From assembly GCF_009914755.1 (NCBI RefSeq), contig NC_060930.1: DNA of 64,000 bases, one strand, 5' to 3'. The notes under the pieces were generated by a model. It made no database searches. It had not been told where the DNA came from and saw only the letters and a program-made list of their open reading frames with translations. Shown here piece after piece: positions 30,590 through 43,509 of the stretch; position 1 is the stretch's first letter, and each line of letters begins with the position of its first letter. This DNA comes from the human T2T-CHM13v2.0 reference genome, Homo sapiens. Both the position numbers and the translations under genes were made by a program.

Positions 30590-30830
30590 CTCAGTAGCTG
30601 AAACTGTGGTCTCTGAAGTCAGATTGCCTGGAATCAAATCCTGAATTCATCAGTTTCTCTGATCTTGGGCAAATTACTTCATCATGATTTCTTTCTGCCC
30701 CAGTTTGCTCATCAGCAATTTAATAATAATGATGACTAGCTCATCACGTCATCACAAGAATTGAATGAGAAAGATTGCAAAGGGCTTCACACAGCACCTG
30801 GCACAGAGCAAGTGCAAGTATTGGCTATTA
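30590..30830 (+). mobile_element. MIR
   Basis: ctctgaagtcagattgcctggaatcaaatcctg...tcttgggcaaattactt...cacagcacctggcacagagcaagtgc. Confidence 0.7.
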
Positions 30831-31915
30831 AATCTTGAGGCCCATGTTGTCAGGGACTTGTCACTCTCCAACACATATGCACCCTCCCTAACATGATAAG
30901 CATTTGTGTAGGCCTGGTCAGGGAAAGTGCATGTGTCCTGGGGTACATGGCATACAATGTATCAAGTAAGGGATAAATTGCATGGGCTTTATGTGGGAGC
31001 CTAAGAGAGCATTTTCAGGTTCAAGCCTACAAACATGTTTATTACCTCCCATGAGATTAGAAGCTCCTGGTCTCTGGCTTGATTAATTATACTTCTGAAA
31101 ACAAAACTTTTGAGGATGAAAGCAGGATCAGTTGTTCCTGGTTTCAGGAAGAGAGCTGTGTCTTCTGATGTACGAGGAAGATCCCAACGAATATGTGTCA
31201 GGATCTCAGAAGGCATCTCAGGGCTAAAAATCAAATCTAGTTATTGCCAGAGACATAATAGTTGAAGCTAAGGAGCAGATAAAAGCACACAGGTGGCATA
31301 CAATAAAAGCCAAAGGGAGGAGAATGGTGGGGGCAGACAGAGAGAGGGGTTGTGTCAAATGCTACTGAGGAAGAAAACTAGGGATTGGAAAATGCCACTA
31401 GATTCAGTAATTCGATGGCATGGTGAGTTTTAATATTTTAGTAGAGTAGCTTTAACTGAAATTATATATTAAGGGGTTAAGGAATGAGCAGGTTGCAAAA
31501 AGCTGAAATAGAGTCATCAGTAAAATATACCAAAAGGTAAAAGGGAGAAAACTAATTTGACTTGTCTAAAGACTGTAAGTGCCCAGACACATTTTTGGGA
31601 GGGATGAGCAGGGGCAGACACTGTGACTTGCTGTGGGAGTTTCAACTTAATCAACAAAATCTAAATATACTTAGCATGTAACAATTCTCATTACAGTGGT
31701 AGTTTGTTTGCTCTAACCAGGGCCATTCTTTAGAAAGAAGCCTTTACATTTCCACTGGATGTGGTTGAGGAGATAAGGATCGATCCTGTAATAGGATCTG
31801 CTTGGAAGACCTGGACTTCTGTGACTCGCCAAGGCCACCAGTGTCAGATATGCTGGCCAACAGCCCTTATGAACTCTAAATGACCAATGGCACTCAGATG
31901 TCTCCAAATTATTAA

Positions 31916-32020
<105 letters not shown>

Positions 32021-34200
32021 AGTTGGGGACTTTCCAATAACTAAAGCACAATGAGTTTCTACTGGTCAGCAAGCAATGGCCAACAGTTCAGCTAATAAAG
32101 TAGGTTGATAAACTAGAACCATAGCAAAATAGAAAGAATACTAAGATACTTATTCTGAACCATACTGAAAAGTGGCAGCTATTATCTAAGGGGACTTCTC
32201 AGAGACTCAGTATAACAGCAGCTCTTGAAAAGTACCAAGAATGGATTTCCTGGGTATATACACTGGACACATTGTAACTTTTTAACTTTTATTGTGACTG
32301 TGTCTGCTCTAAACGGCATATTTAAAAAATAAAATTCTGCAGCATCTTACTACATAATCCCATAGGAACCCCTATTATTCCGATTTTAGAGGTGAAGAAA
32401 CCTTGGTAGAGATCCAATGAATAGCAAAAGATGAATGCCTTGGAGAGAGCTCAGTAGATTCCATATGCAAGAATATTTCCACGTTCTTCTTGCAGTTCAG
32501 CAACTCTTAAGTGACACAGTTCAGGTATCATTTTTGGACCTGACTTTGCTTCTCTCCTTTTCCTGATTGCTTTCACAAATCATTATTGTCACAAATATGC
32601 ACAAAACAAGTGGAGTATCCCCACACTAGGTATGGATCACCCACAAATGTAGCTTTCAGCATGATGCGACCTGGAAATGTTGGCAATTTGGTAATGGGAA
32701 AAGGAAAGGGCAGAATGTTCACATAATTCCTGAGGAGGAGAATACAAGTCTTTGCCTGTAATACCAAAATACAGGGAGCTATATCTAACTATGCGGATAA
32801 GTCAACATTTCACTACAGTTCTTTTTCAGTGGGAGCCCCAAAGAGACAACATAGGTAATTGAAAAGAAACTTAATTCTAGGGGTAGTTAAACGAGATTGT
32901 GGTTACTGTTGTGCTCCCCACATTCTTCCAGTTAACATAAATCAAAGATGTTCAATGCATTCTAAGTGTAAGACTGGTTACATTCCAATCTTTGTGCAGG
33001 ACATTAACAGGCTGAGTGATCCACTTTATAAAACATAATGAATGGGGTCACCTGTAAGAAATGCACCTGTTTCAGTAGTGGCTTACAGTCATACTAAAGG
33101 TTGTGTGGATGACCCAAAGCAAAAATATACCATCAGTGCTGGATTTTTACTGCTTCTTCCCCTCAGCCCCACCCTAAAATTCTTGATACCCATTCCGTGA
33201 GTAGTTTCCATTTGCACTTCTTGCATAATATAAAACTTATTGCTAGAATAAAGACACTCACTTCTGCATTTTACTGCACTTGATTACAATGAAAATGTCT
33301 GCCGGGGTTTTCAGACTGAACTAATTCAGAGTAACAGTGCTCTTGCCATATGGAAGGAATAACAATATTCTTTCAGTTTTGGGAGAGATCTCTTTTTAGC
33401 CCCTGGGGGAAATCAGCTTATGTAAAAATGCTTTCTTTAACAGAAAGTGTGAAAGGACAGATCGTATTCCTATCTCAGGCAGCTGCCAGCCACATTTGTG
33501 GCTCAGCTATCAAGGTTTGCTCCATCTTCCTCCAATAATGGGCACTTCAGAAGGCCAGTTCCAGCTCTGGTGGGTGCTGGTCCACCATCTCAGCTATTGT
33601 GATAACACATGAGCTCTATATAGACATGTTTTCAGCACCAAGCACTACCAAGTACTTTAGAACAAGGCCTGTTTCTTTTCTGCCATCCAATGAGAGCAGA
33701 GAATCTCCAATGAAACTGACTAGATTTATGAATGTTTTTTATATGTAGAGAGGGGCAGAAACATGTTCATTTTCCCATGAAGGAACAAGTCCCAAGGGTT
33801 TATCATCTGCCTGAAGGCACTGCTAACGAATTTGTCAAATCCTTTATCCAGCACAGCTTTACCAAGCAGCTGCACAGTCAGGCCTTTGCACTTCTCATTC
33901 TCATAGGTCCAGTTTAAGATCTCATTCAGTCCTGAACTGCTTCGGTCCTTTGCATTCCTGCTGTCTTGGCCTCCACCTAGACCAAGTCGGCAGTCTCCCT
34001 ACATTACCCTACATTCAGCTGCATCCTATGCTCCAAGGCCTTTCACCAGGGGCCAGAAATGCTCCCACAACCCTCAATGGTCTCACTACAACAGTTCCGA
34101 ATCTTATTCCAAATGCTATAGTATCTGAAACGGTTCACCAATAGGGATAATGTTTCTCCAACTGGAGACCTTCAATAAAACACTTCAATAGGTGCTTTAA
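32021..34200 (+). other. SMLR1: SMLR1 3'UTR with several candidate poly(A) signals
   Basis: AATAAA at 32094, 32328, ~33228, ~33247, 34174 and 34231. The distal end is inferred from the 34174 signal and a downstream U-rich tract. Confidence 0.55.
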
Positions 34201-34269
34201 TTTCTGTCACATTGTCATTATTTATTATTCAATAAATTTACCAAAAAACATATATAAATATATATATTA

Positions 34270-34558
34270 TTTTGGAGACAGGTCTTGCTATGTCACTCAG
34301 GCTGGGGTGAAGTTGTGCAATCATAGCTCACTGAAACCTCAAACTCTTGGGGCTCAAATGATCCTACTACCTCAGCCTCTGGCTACAGGACAGGAGTGCA
34401 CAGCCTCACTTGGGTTTTTTTGTTTTGTTTTTTGTTTTTGGTAGATACAGGGTCTCAGTAGGTTGACCATGCTATTCTTGAATTCCTGGCCTCAAGCTAT
34501 GCTCCTGCCTCTACCTCCCAAAATGCTGGGATTACAGGTGTGACCCACTGTGACCAGC
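34270..34558 (-). mobile_element. Diverged AluJ
   Basis: Antisense Alu with aatcatagctcactg and ggcctcaagc...ctcccaaaatgctgggattacagg. Confidence 0.85.
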
Positions 34559-36409
34559 TAAAAATTTAACAGAATGAACTCAAAGCTGTAAATATTATCT
34601 TTTCATCTCTCTTGATAATCATGTTGGTAATTTGGCAATTTGGTGTTGGGAAACTGCAGGTCCATGACTGCTGCACATCCTAAACCTAGCTGAAAAACAA
34701 TTTGGGCAAGAAAAAGCCCATATTATGTTTTCTGAAATGTTATTTGCAAAAGTTTTTTAAAAATAATCTGGCCAGGTAACAGCCTCCAGAATTTTCCAGA
34801 CATAATTTAGCGATTGGAAAATTCAGAAGAGGTAAACACTCCTAGACAATAAGAACAGCTTTTTGGTGAAATCTCAAGTTCTTTGGCAAGACTGAATATC
34901 AGAAATCAGAGTTCACAACTCTGATAACCATCAAAATTCAGAACTCTGATAACTCTCAGAATTCATGACATTAAGCACATTTTGGAAATAAATTTTCTGA
35001 TTTCTATTTATCAAAAAGTTGTTAGAATTTTCAAAGCATGCTCACAAGATTCTTACTTTCTGACTTTGTAATTGGTGTGCCAGTCAGAAGAGGCCTCTGA
35101 ATTTATCACAATGTATTCAATGACATACAGTCTAACATGTGAGTGACAAGCAGAAGACAGCAGAAAACATGTATTCAAAAATACCATCCAATGTATAATT
35201 ACCATCAAACAGATTGGGGATTTAAAAATATTCTTTCCACTTTTCAAATTTTTCAAATCCAATTTCCAAAACCTTGTTTGATCTACTTTCCTATTTATTC
35301 TATCATTTAGCCCAATTTACCAGATGAGATTATAACAGCCAGAGAAATACTTTATAATACAAAATATTTTTTTAAAAGACAGCCTTGCTCCTGTAGCTAC
35401 AGGTGGGAATAATTATAAACATTGTTTCAAGTGGCTCTGTGGGTATTAATTCCCATAGATTCTCTCAATGCCCCCAGGACCCTAAACCCTGTTCTTGCTG
35501 TCTCAGCTAAATAAGACCGAGCCCTAATCCCCGCACACCACCTTTCTTAGTCCATGGGACCTGTGAAGACAAACTTTCTTCCTGTCACTGCAAATATGGT
35601 CTTCAAAACACCCAGGGAAGCGCAACCTATGATTTCAATGTGAGTGTTATACAAACTTTCTGATGAGGCATACATTTGCAAAATCACATTTGGTTCCACA
35701 GTATTTCTAAGGCTTGGCTTGCTGAATCGGATTCTCCAGGGAGTTGTTGTTTTTGTAATAATTATAGAGAAAGTGAGAAAGGCCTTTCACAAGGCGAGAG
35801 ATAATTTAGTGGAAACAGATCTCAAAGACGACAGTTATGCAAATTGTATTTAATGTACTTACTTTAAATGACTAGAGAAAAAAATTCTATATAACACTTT
35901 ACAAGAAATGTACCCTGTTGGTTATTTGCTCTATAATAACACCATAACCTGGTGTGCCCCAACAAAAGTTTCACAAGAAAGCATCCCAATCAGACTGGGA
36001 TGCAGCCCCTCAGTGGCCTAGTTTGCCTGATATACAGAGGGCCAGTGGACACAAAGTAAAGAAGGACATGAAGCAGAGGAGCAAGATTCAGATGGTACAG
36101 CTAAAATATTTCCTGAAAACAAAATGAAAAATGCACAAAGAAAACAAGCAAAAATATCCCTCGGAGAATTCGTAAAAGCTGGAATGGATTATGTAACCAG
36201 GCAGAAGGAATCTGGCACTCTCAACATTAGATTTACAAACTTTCAACGTCGCTTTCACCGTTTCAAATAGTGATGTTGGCAGCATCATCAAATTACAGAA
36301 GAGCTGAAAACAGATTTTGAAATGCTACTTTTCACAAAATACTAAGACTTCTGATGAAAAATATCACTCAAGTTTGTTTTTTTAACCCTTTAGAAAAAGA
36401 GAAGTGACA

Positions 36410-37663
36410 AGTTTAGAGAATAAACAAACTTTATTTTATAATAGTATTACAGGAAGCAAAATATCATTTAATACAACTTGAGGCTGCTATAAATCTAATC
36501 TGGCATCGTAACTATACATAGGGTCAAAGGCAAAGGAAAAAATGTTCAATATAGTTAATAAGTCCCTATCGGGTCTCTGGTGCCAGCTTTAAATGGTATA
36601 ACTTTCTTGTAACCAACAGAACACCACCACAGCCCCCTCCCCCTCTCCCCAGCATCCTCAAACCTGTGTGAATCATAAAACTATCTGAAAGAGATAGGCC
36701 TGCTCAATAACAAAAGGTAAGTTTTACATGTGTAGACAAAGAGGTTTAATACAAAGCAAGAGTTCTACCCAAGTGTTCAAATAATGGAAAGAATTGAAAT
36801 TTGGGTATGTTAAGAAAGAAAGCACTAAGGTTTTAAGCTGCCTGAATCTTTTAGTAGAAGGGAAGAAAGTTTTCTCTTTCTCTTCCCTCCTGTTCTGGAA
36901 TGCTGCCGAAGGGCATGTGTCTGACAAGCATTGGCACTGTGGTGCGGCAGGGTCTCTAAGCACAGTGCACAGTCAGTGAACTTCTTCATTATTCTCCAGT
37001 CCAGAGATTCTGACTCTCTACTAAAAGTAGAAAGTCACAGGACTGGAAAGTCAAAAGGGTCCAATATAAAAAACATCCCTGTGAAATTCTCAAATATTAG
37101 AAAATTTTCAAGATGTAAGAAAGGCTTTTAATCTGTATTAATATTTTCTCATACAGTATATTTGCTGCAATTTGAAAACTCCGTAAATATTTACTGTGAG
37201 AATTCAATGAAAAGAATCCAGAAGAAGGAAAGCCACTATCTAAATTAGTCACAGAGTTTCCTTTCTGCGCAACAGCACCTGTTCAAGTGAACAGCACCTT
37301 ACCAGCTTGGGCTGGCTTTGTTCACTGTCATTTGATCAAAGTGAGTCATTAAAAGCAGGTAGTTGCACACAAAGTAAACAGAAAACAAAACCAAAACCCC
37401 TTAATTAACAACAACAAAAAGAAAGAACTGAGAATATTTAGAAGTGGTTATAAAACAAAATAATATATTAAATGCATGGGAGCAATATAGACCAGAGCTG
37501 GTAAGGAAAGGTTTGGTGTTGGCATTTTAATTCTTCAGGCTTCTGGTCATTGTTACCAGTTGTAGCATAAATTCGCTGGAATAGTGGTGTGGCATTAAGA
37601 CTTGGAACGGTCAAAAAATCTTCAGGGGTTCACAAAGTTGAGTGTTGTTTAAAAAATGACTTT
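36410..37663 (-). other. EPB41L2: EPB41L2 last exon (entirely 3'UTR)
   Basis: Minus-strand acceptor (T)n-ctcttctag|AAAGTC at 37664/37663 with a long poly-T tract. Repeat-free ~1.25 kb ending at a minus-strand AATAAA (36430-36435). Confidence 0.82.
36430..36435 (-). terminator. EPB41L2 poly(A) signal
   Basis: tttatt on plus equals AATAAA on minus, followed on minus by a U-rich downstream element. Confidence 0.75.
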
Positions 37664-38329
37664 CTAGAAGAGAAAAAAAAAAAAAAAACAGAAGGCTTAA
37701 ATATTCCAAAAACACAGGCTTGAAAAAAATGTTAAGTAACATTCATCAAGTTTTCAATCAAGTAATCAACAGTTACTGTCTGCCTAGTCTTACATTAAAT
37801 AGTATGTTTACCAGAAGACAAGCATGAGACACTATTCCACTCTCGAGGGCCTTAAAATACCTGGAGAATTGACAAGTACGCTAGAAGCAACTGGCAAATA
37901 AGAGTTCACTGCAAAAGAATTTATTAGCATAAAACAGAGACAATTCATATGTAAGAATTTAAAGACAGAAACCAAGGTAGGTTTTAAAGCTATACTCAGG
38001 GAAAGGGAAAGTCAAAGTCTATTTTCTTTGTGCTAAAACGAATGGAAATGGTGCTTCAGGTGGAAAAACACAATGAGGAAAGAGGCATGGAGGTGAAGAA
38101 GTACACAGTATTATGACAGTAAGATGTATGTTGGGGGAGGAGGCAGAAACGAATGGAAGGAATAGGACGGTGAAGAAAGGGACATTACTAAAGTTGAGCA
38201 TTGGTATAGTGAGTAGTAAATAAAGGTACAAAATATTAGGTCTATTCTTTAATAGACTGAGAAGTACCAGCTTGATCTAATTGACCAAAAAAAAAAAAAA
38301 AAATGAATTAAGAAAAAACATTTGGACGA

Positions 38330-39030
38330 AAAGACCAGTTGGCAATCTACTACAATGGTCCAGGGCAGAGTGCAAGAGCCACAGAGAGATAGAAGACTGG
38401 TCAAAGAACTTGGGGTTGGCCAGTCATGCAGGGCATGATAAGCCCAGGAAAGGAGGTTGGGATCGTTTCTTCTTTGGTTTTGAGGAAGGGTTTGTCATGG
38501 TGTGATTTACGTTTTGAAAACACTGCTGTGGCTTCAGTGTGATGAATAAGCTGAAGCCGGCAAGGAGTAGAGGCAGGAACAACAGTCAGGAGACCAGTGC
38601 AGGAGTCCAGCTGGATGAGGAAGATGACAAATGTCAGGCATTCCTGCCAGATGGCCAGGACCCAGACTTGAGTGGTCACCACAGAAATCAGGTGGGAGAG
38701 AAATTTGAGAGGCACCACTAAGGAGAATAATCAGAGTGTGGTGGTTAAGAAGTAAGTATAAGACAGGATGATAAGGTTTGGAGTCTGGGACCTCAAAAAA
38801 AGGAGAGAATGAAGGCTTACAGCCTGGGTGAAGCATTAGACCTAGGGATATAGATTTGGGCATCAGAACAAGGGATAAGTGAAACCAACAGATAGAACTA
38901 AGTCTCATGTGAGCATAGGAATAAATGAAAGCCACAGAGTCTTGCAGAAGTCCACAATCAAAGGTAAGTGGAGAAGACTTTTTAAAAAACCCATGATGGT
39001 GCAATGGCCCTGAAAGAGAAAAGGGTTTTA
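38330..39030 (-). mobile_element. L2 fragments, antisense
   Basis: Purine-rich L2 motifs (gatttacgttttgaaaacactgctgtggct, gaggcagg...agtcaggag, atagatttgggcatcag). Confidence 0.55.
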
Positions 39031-41347
39031 AGGTGGCAATTGTTTCATTTTATATTTGAACTTGGTTGGAAGTTTTGGCAAATGATAGGTAATCACAAAG
39101 GACAGTGCAGAGTGGTAATTAACGTCTTTTCCAAGAGACACTGCTCCCAAAGTCAATTAGAATGTACACTCTTTTGGTTAGGTAAAATTAAGTCTTGCTT
39201 TAATGAAAAAAGTTCCTACCATTTAGATTTATCACAGATAATATTAAAGCCTCTTGATTATTCAGGACAGATTGATTAATCAACTTCATTGTTTTCTACC
39301 CTGTTGTCTGCCTTAGGTTATTTCATTACTCATTAGTACTTCTGTTTGATTCTAGGCTGGGGGAAAAAAAATCAATGGAGAAAATAGAAAGTCTTTTTTT
39401 AGGTTAGTAATTATGAAAAGAAATGTGGGGGATGATGAAGGGAAATGGATACAACTACCAATCAAATTGGATTTGGCAGTTATATGACACCTTCAGTCAT
39501 GGAACCTGTTCTTGTTCCTTCAGAGCTGGTATTTCCATTTGCTTTGTTTAGTAAATATGCATCATTTGTTGAACACAGCTGCCATTTTGCCTAGTTTATG
39601 TTATTAAAAAAACAAACCCCTGATGCTATCAGGGCCTGAAAACCTACAGAGAGAACAATGTTTAGGATTCTAGTCTCCATTTTCTCTAGGCCCTATGTCA
39701 CTTTATTGCTTTGCATCTGTTTTCATCAAAAATAAAAATTTCACTTTGTAATGAGTCATAAATTTGTAAAGAAAAGCTAAAATTAAACTTGTTTCAAAGT
39801 TATTACAGGAAACTAAGCATATGTTGGAATTGAAGGGATCTTGATCTCAAAAAACTTCAACATTTACTGAGCTAAATATAGAGAAAAAGACATAGTTACC
39901 CAAATAAACTCAAAATGTAATTTATTTCCATTAATAAACTTTTTTTCTGGTAATGAATATTATAAATGATAACCTTCATGTGCTCTTAGGATTCCAAACA
40001 GCTTTCAGAATCATTTTATTGCCATTTTAATGTTAAAACTTATTTATTTTCTCATTCTTTAAAAATCAGTAAATCAAGTTTAACTCTGAGTTAATTAGAT
40101 ATTGTGTCAAAACATCCCAGTTCCTTATTGGCGTGGATGAACAAGAAGTAACTTATTGTACGAAGACTTTATTTACATATCCACTTATCTTTTTTGACTG
40201 TTTCTTGCACTTAAACACATGTAGAAATACGTTCCTAAGTACTAAACAGTTAGCTTTTGAGCTAGAAAAGAGAAAAGATAAAGACAGAATCACCAATGTC
40301 ACTGCTACATAAGCATCAGAAATACTGTACTTTTCTGTCCTCTGGCAGGTGTCTGTGAGAAATAAACTTAATATCTGACAATTTTTTACAGGCTAGAATT
40401 TGGGACTAAATGTTTTATTACATATTCCAACCAAACTGAAAACTAGGCAATGGCTCTTCATGTAAAAGCTGTAAAAGTTTCAAGAACATTCTTTTCTTTC
40501 TCTAAGCTTGAATTCTACTCATATTCATAGAAGTCTGGGCATCTTTGTCAATACAAATTGGCAGGCATTAATTATAGACATTAATTCAACCTGCTTTCAC
40601 TTTTACACTATCACAGGTTCATCCTGAGTTTGGGTAAGATCATAGCTGTTAAGCATATGGATTATACTTTATGTATTAGAATTGTGGTGAAGTCAACAAA
40701 AATAAAAGCATTCATACCACTGTTCTGTTTCCAAGTGTCACTGTTCCACCCTGGCCTATACAATGTCAGTAAACATTCTAACTACTATAGTCACATTCCT
40801 TAGTCTATGTCCCCCTCTTTTGGCCAATGTGAGAATAGATCAATGTGGCTCAATTTCATCTAATCACAGGAGTAATTCTATGTTCAAGTTCTTCAAGGAT
40901 ATATGTTGGTTGCATGCCTTGTCTTAAGCACTCACAGAGGGATCAGAGAGTTATTTACCCTCTCAGTGCACCCAATGAGCAGTGGTGAAAAAAGTCCACA
41001 CATACAAGTTCTATGATCTTGCCCGAAAAGCACAATCTTTGAGTTTCTAGAGACAAAGGGCTCATGTATTGATCTCAATCTTGAGTGCTCTACTCCAGAA
41101 ATTGACTCAGTAAACTGATTTCAAAAAGCATTTGACAGAAAATACTAGCAATGCTGCCTTTAAGTGGTACAGCACTCATCTAGAGAGAAGTCTCAATAAA
41201 AATGCAAAAATGTGGTTTTCCCCCAGATAATACAACAATGCAAATAATAGAAGAAAACAACATTTCTTCAGATTAATGAACATTCAATTACCACAGAGCA
41301 ATAACATAATCAAATATTCTGAAAACGGGAATGAAATATTTACTTAA

Positions 41348-41633
41348 GGCTGGGCATGGTGGCTGACACCTGTAATCCCAGCATTTTGGGAGGCTGAGGC
41401 AGGCAGATCACGAGGTCAGGGGTTTCACATGGTGAAACCATGTGGCCAACATGGTGAAATCCCGTCTCTACTAAAAATACAAAAAAAAATTAGCTGGGCA
41501 TGGTGGTGGGCGCCTGTAGTCCCAGCTACTCAGGAGGCTGAGGCAGGAGAATCACTTGAAGCTGGGAGTCGAAGGTTGCGCAAGCTGGGATCGTGCCACT
41601 GTACTCCAGCCTGGCCACAGAGCAAGACTGTCT
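41348..41633 (+). mobile_element. AluS lacking a poly(A) tail, with a rearranged B-box region
   Basis: Alu body ends gcaagactgtct with no A-run; ggtttcacatggtgaaaccatgt replaces the B-box segment. Confidence 0.9.
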
Positions 41634-41828
41634 TAAGACACTGCATTTCCTAAGCAAAAATGAACTCTGTGCACTCAGGTGTAAAATTAAATTTTAAATA
41701 TGATACTTTATGGATTTGACAGTTATTTCAAATGCTGAACTTTTCATTTTATTCTTCTTTTATCCTCAATTTGCATATTTGATTTTAATTTCTAAACAGA
41801 ATTTCCATTGTTTAAATTATAAAAATCA

Positions 41829-42136
41829 GCTGGGCACGGTGGTTCACTCCTGTAATCCCAGCACTTTGGGAGGTCGAAAAGGGCAGATCACCTGAGATCA
41901 GGAGTTTGGGACCAGCCTGGCCAACATGGCGAAACCCAATCTCTACTAAAGACATAAAAATTAGCTGGGCATGGTGGCACACGCCTGTAATCCCAGCTAC
42001 TGGGGGGCTGAGGCAGGAGAATCGCTTGAACCCACGAGGCAGAAGTTGCAGTGAGCTGAGATCATGCCACTGCACTCCAGCCTGGCTGCCAGAACGAGAC
42101 TGTCTCAAATAAACAAATAAATAAATAAAATAAAAA
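41829..42136 (+). mobile_element. AluSx-like with (AAAT)n tail
   Basis: Full Alu; TSD ataaaaatc. Confidence 0.92.
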
Positions 42137-42244
42137 TCCCAGAGCCAAAAATGCAAGCATGCTAAATTTCCATTTGGTTAAACCCAGAAAAAAGTCAATT
42201 CTTAAAATGTCTGTATTACCATTAAAATATACACGAAGTGTAGC

Positions 42245-43509
42245 CTGCAGCCCCTAAGGACTGCTGAGTCTCTTTAAGGGGACCATAGAGTCAAAACTGT
42301 TTTCATTATCATACTAAGACATTATGTCCTTTTCAGTGTGTTGGCATTTTCACCAATGGTGTAAACAAATAATGGTGAGTAAACCTACTGGCAGCTCAGC
42401 CTACATAAGTCGAAGCAGAGGAATCAAACTATATTTGAGGTAACCTTATTCTTTTTTTTTAGAGGCAGGGTCTTGCTCTGTCACCCAGGCTGGGGTGCAG
42501 TGGTGCAATCATAGCTCACTGCAGCCTTGAACTCCTGGACTCAAGGGATCCTCCTGCCTCAGCCTCCCAAGTAGCTAGGACTACAGGCACATACCATCAC
42601 ACCCAGCTAATTTTTAAAAAGTTTTTTGTGGACACAAGCTCTTGCTATACTGCCCAGTCTGGTCTCGAACTCCAGGCCTCAAGCAATCCTCTCACCTCAA
42701 CCTCCCAACGTGTTCGGATTACAGGCGTGAGCCACCAGGCCTGGCCTGGCACCTTATTCTTTACCAGTGTGCACTTGCAGTAAAATAGAGAAGACAGTTT
42801 CACTTAAGGAAGTCCTTGAGGACACAGAAGAAATATTAATTTTCCTACATCTCAAGCCTGAGTGCATCTTTTTAATATTCTGTGTGATGAAATGGGAAGT
42901 ATGCACACGCCATTCCCGCTGCATACAGAAGTACAACAATGTCTAGAGGAAAAGCATCTATGGGAATGTCTGAACTGTGAGTTGAAGCAGCTGCTTTTTC
43001 ATCAACCACCTTTCTTACTTGAGAGAATCACTGACAGACAAGGGATGTTATTCAATTTGGATACTAGGTAAACCTTTTATTGAAAATGAAGTTGAGCCTG
43101 TCGCCTCAAGAGAAACAATTGACAGTACTTGTTGCCAATGATAAAATGCAAGCTTTTAGGTGAACATTAGAATTTGGAAAATGGTGTTTTGGCCACCATG
43201 AGCTTGATAGCTTCCCGATATTAAGACTCTTGAGGAGATCAGTGGCAGCGAATGACCCTTTTACTGTCTCCATCATTTTACCTTTTCCAGGATGTCATAC
43301 AGTTTGATCATACAACATATATAGTCTTTCTAGACAGACTTCTTTCACTATGTGATGATTTTTAACTTAATAAATATTTATAAAACTTCTCAGTTTTGAC
43401 TTATGATAAATTTCAATAGATACAATTCACATGAACAAAATCTCTTTGGGCCTTCAATAATTTTTAGGTGTATAAAGTGGTCCTGAGACCATTCAGTTTG
43501 AGAACTGCT
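42245..43509 (+). mobile_element. Charlie1-type hAT DNA transposon with a transposase relic, interrupted by AluJ and a short L1 piece
   Basis: ORF 42862-43071 LFNILCDEMGSMHTPFPLHTEVQ is a decayed hAT-Charlie motif (LCxEMGSxHxxLLLHTEVRWLSRG). 3' end ggtcctgagacc...tttgagaactgct. Confidence 0.8.
42452..42746 (-). mobile_element. AluJ inside Charlie1
   Basis: TSD accttattcttt at 42443 and 42751. Confidence 0.92.
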
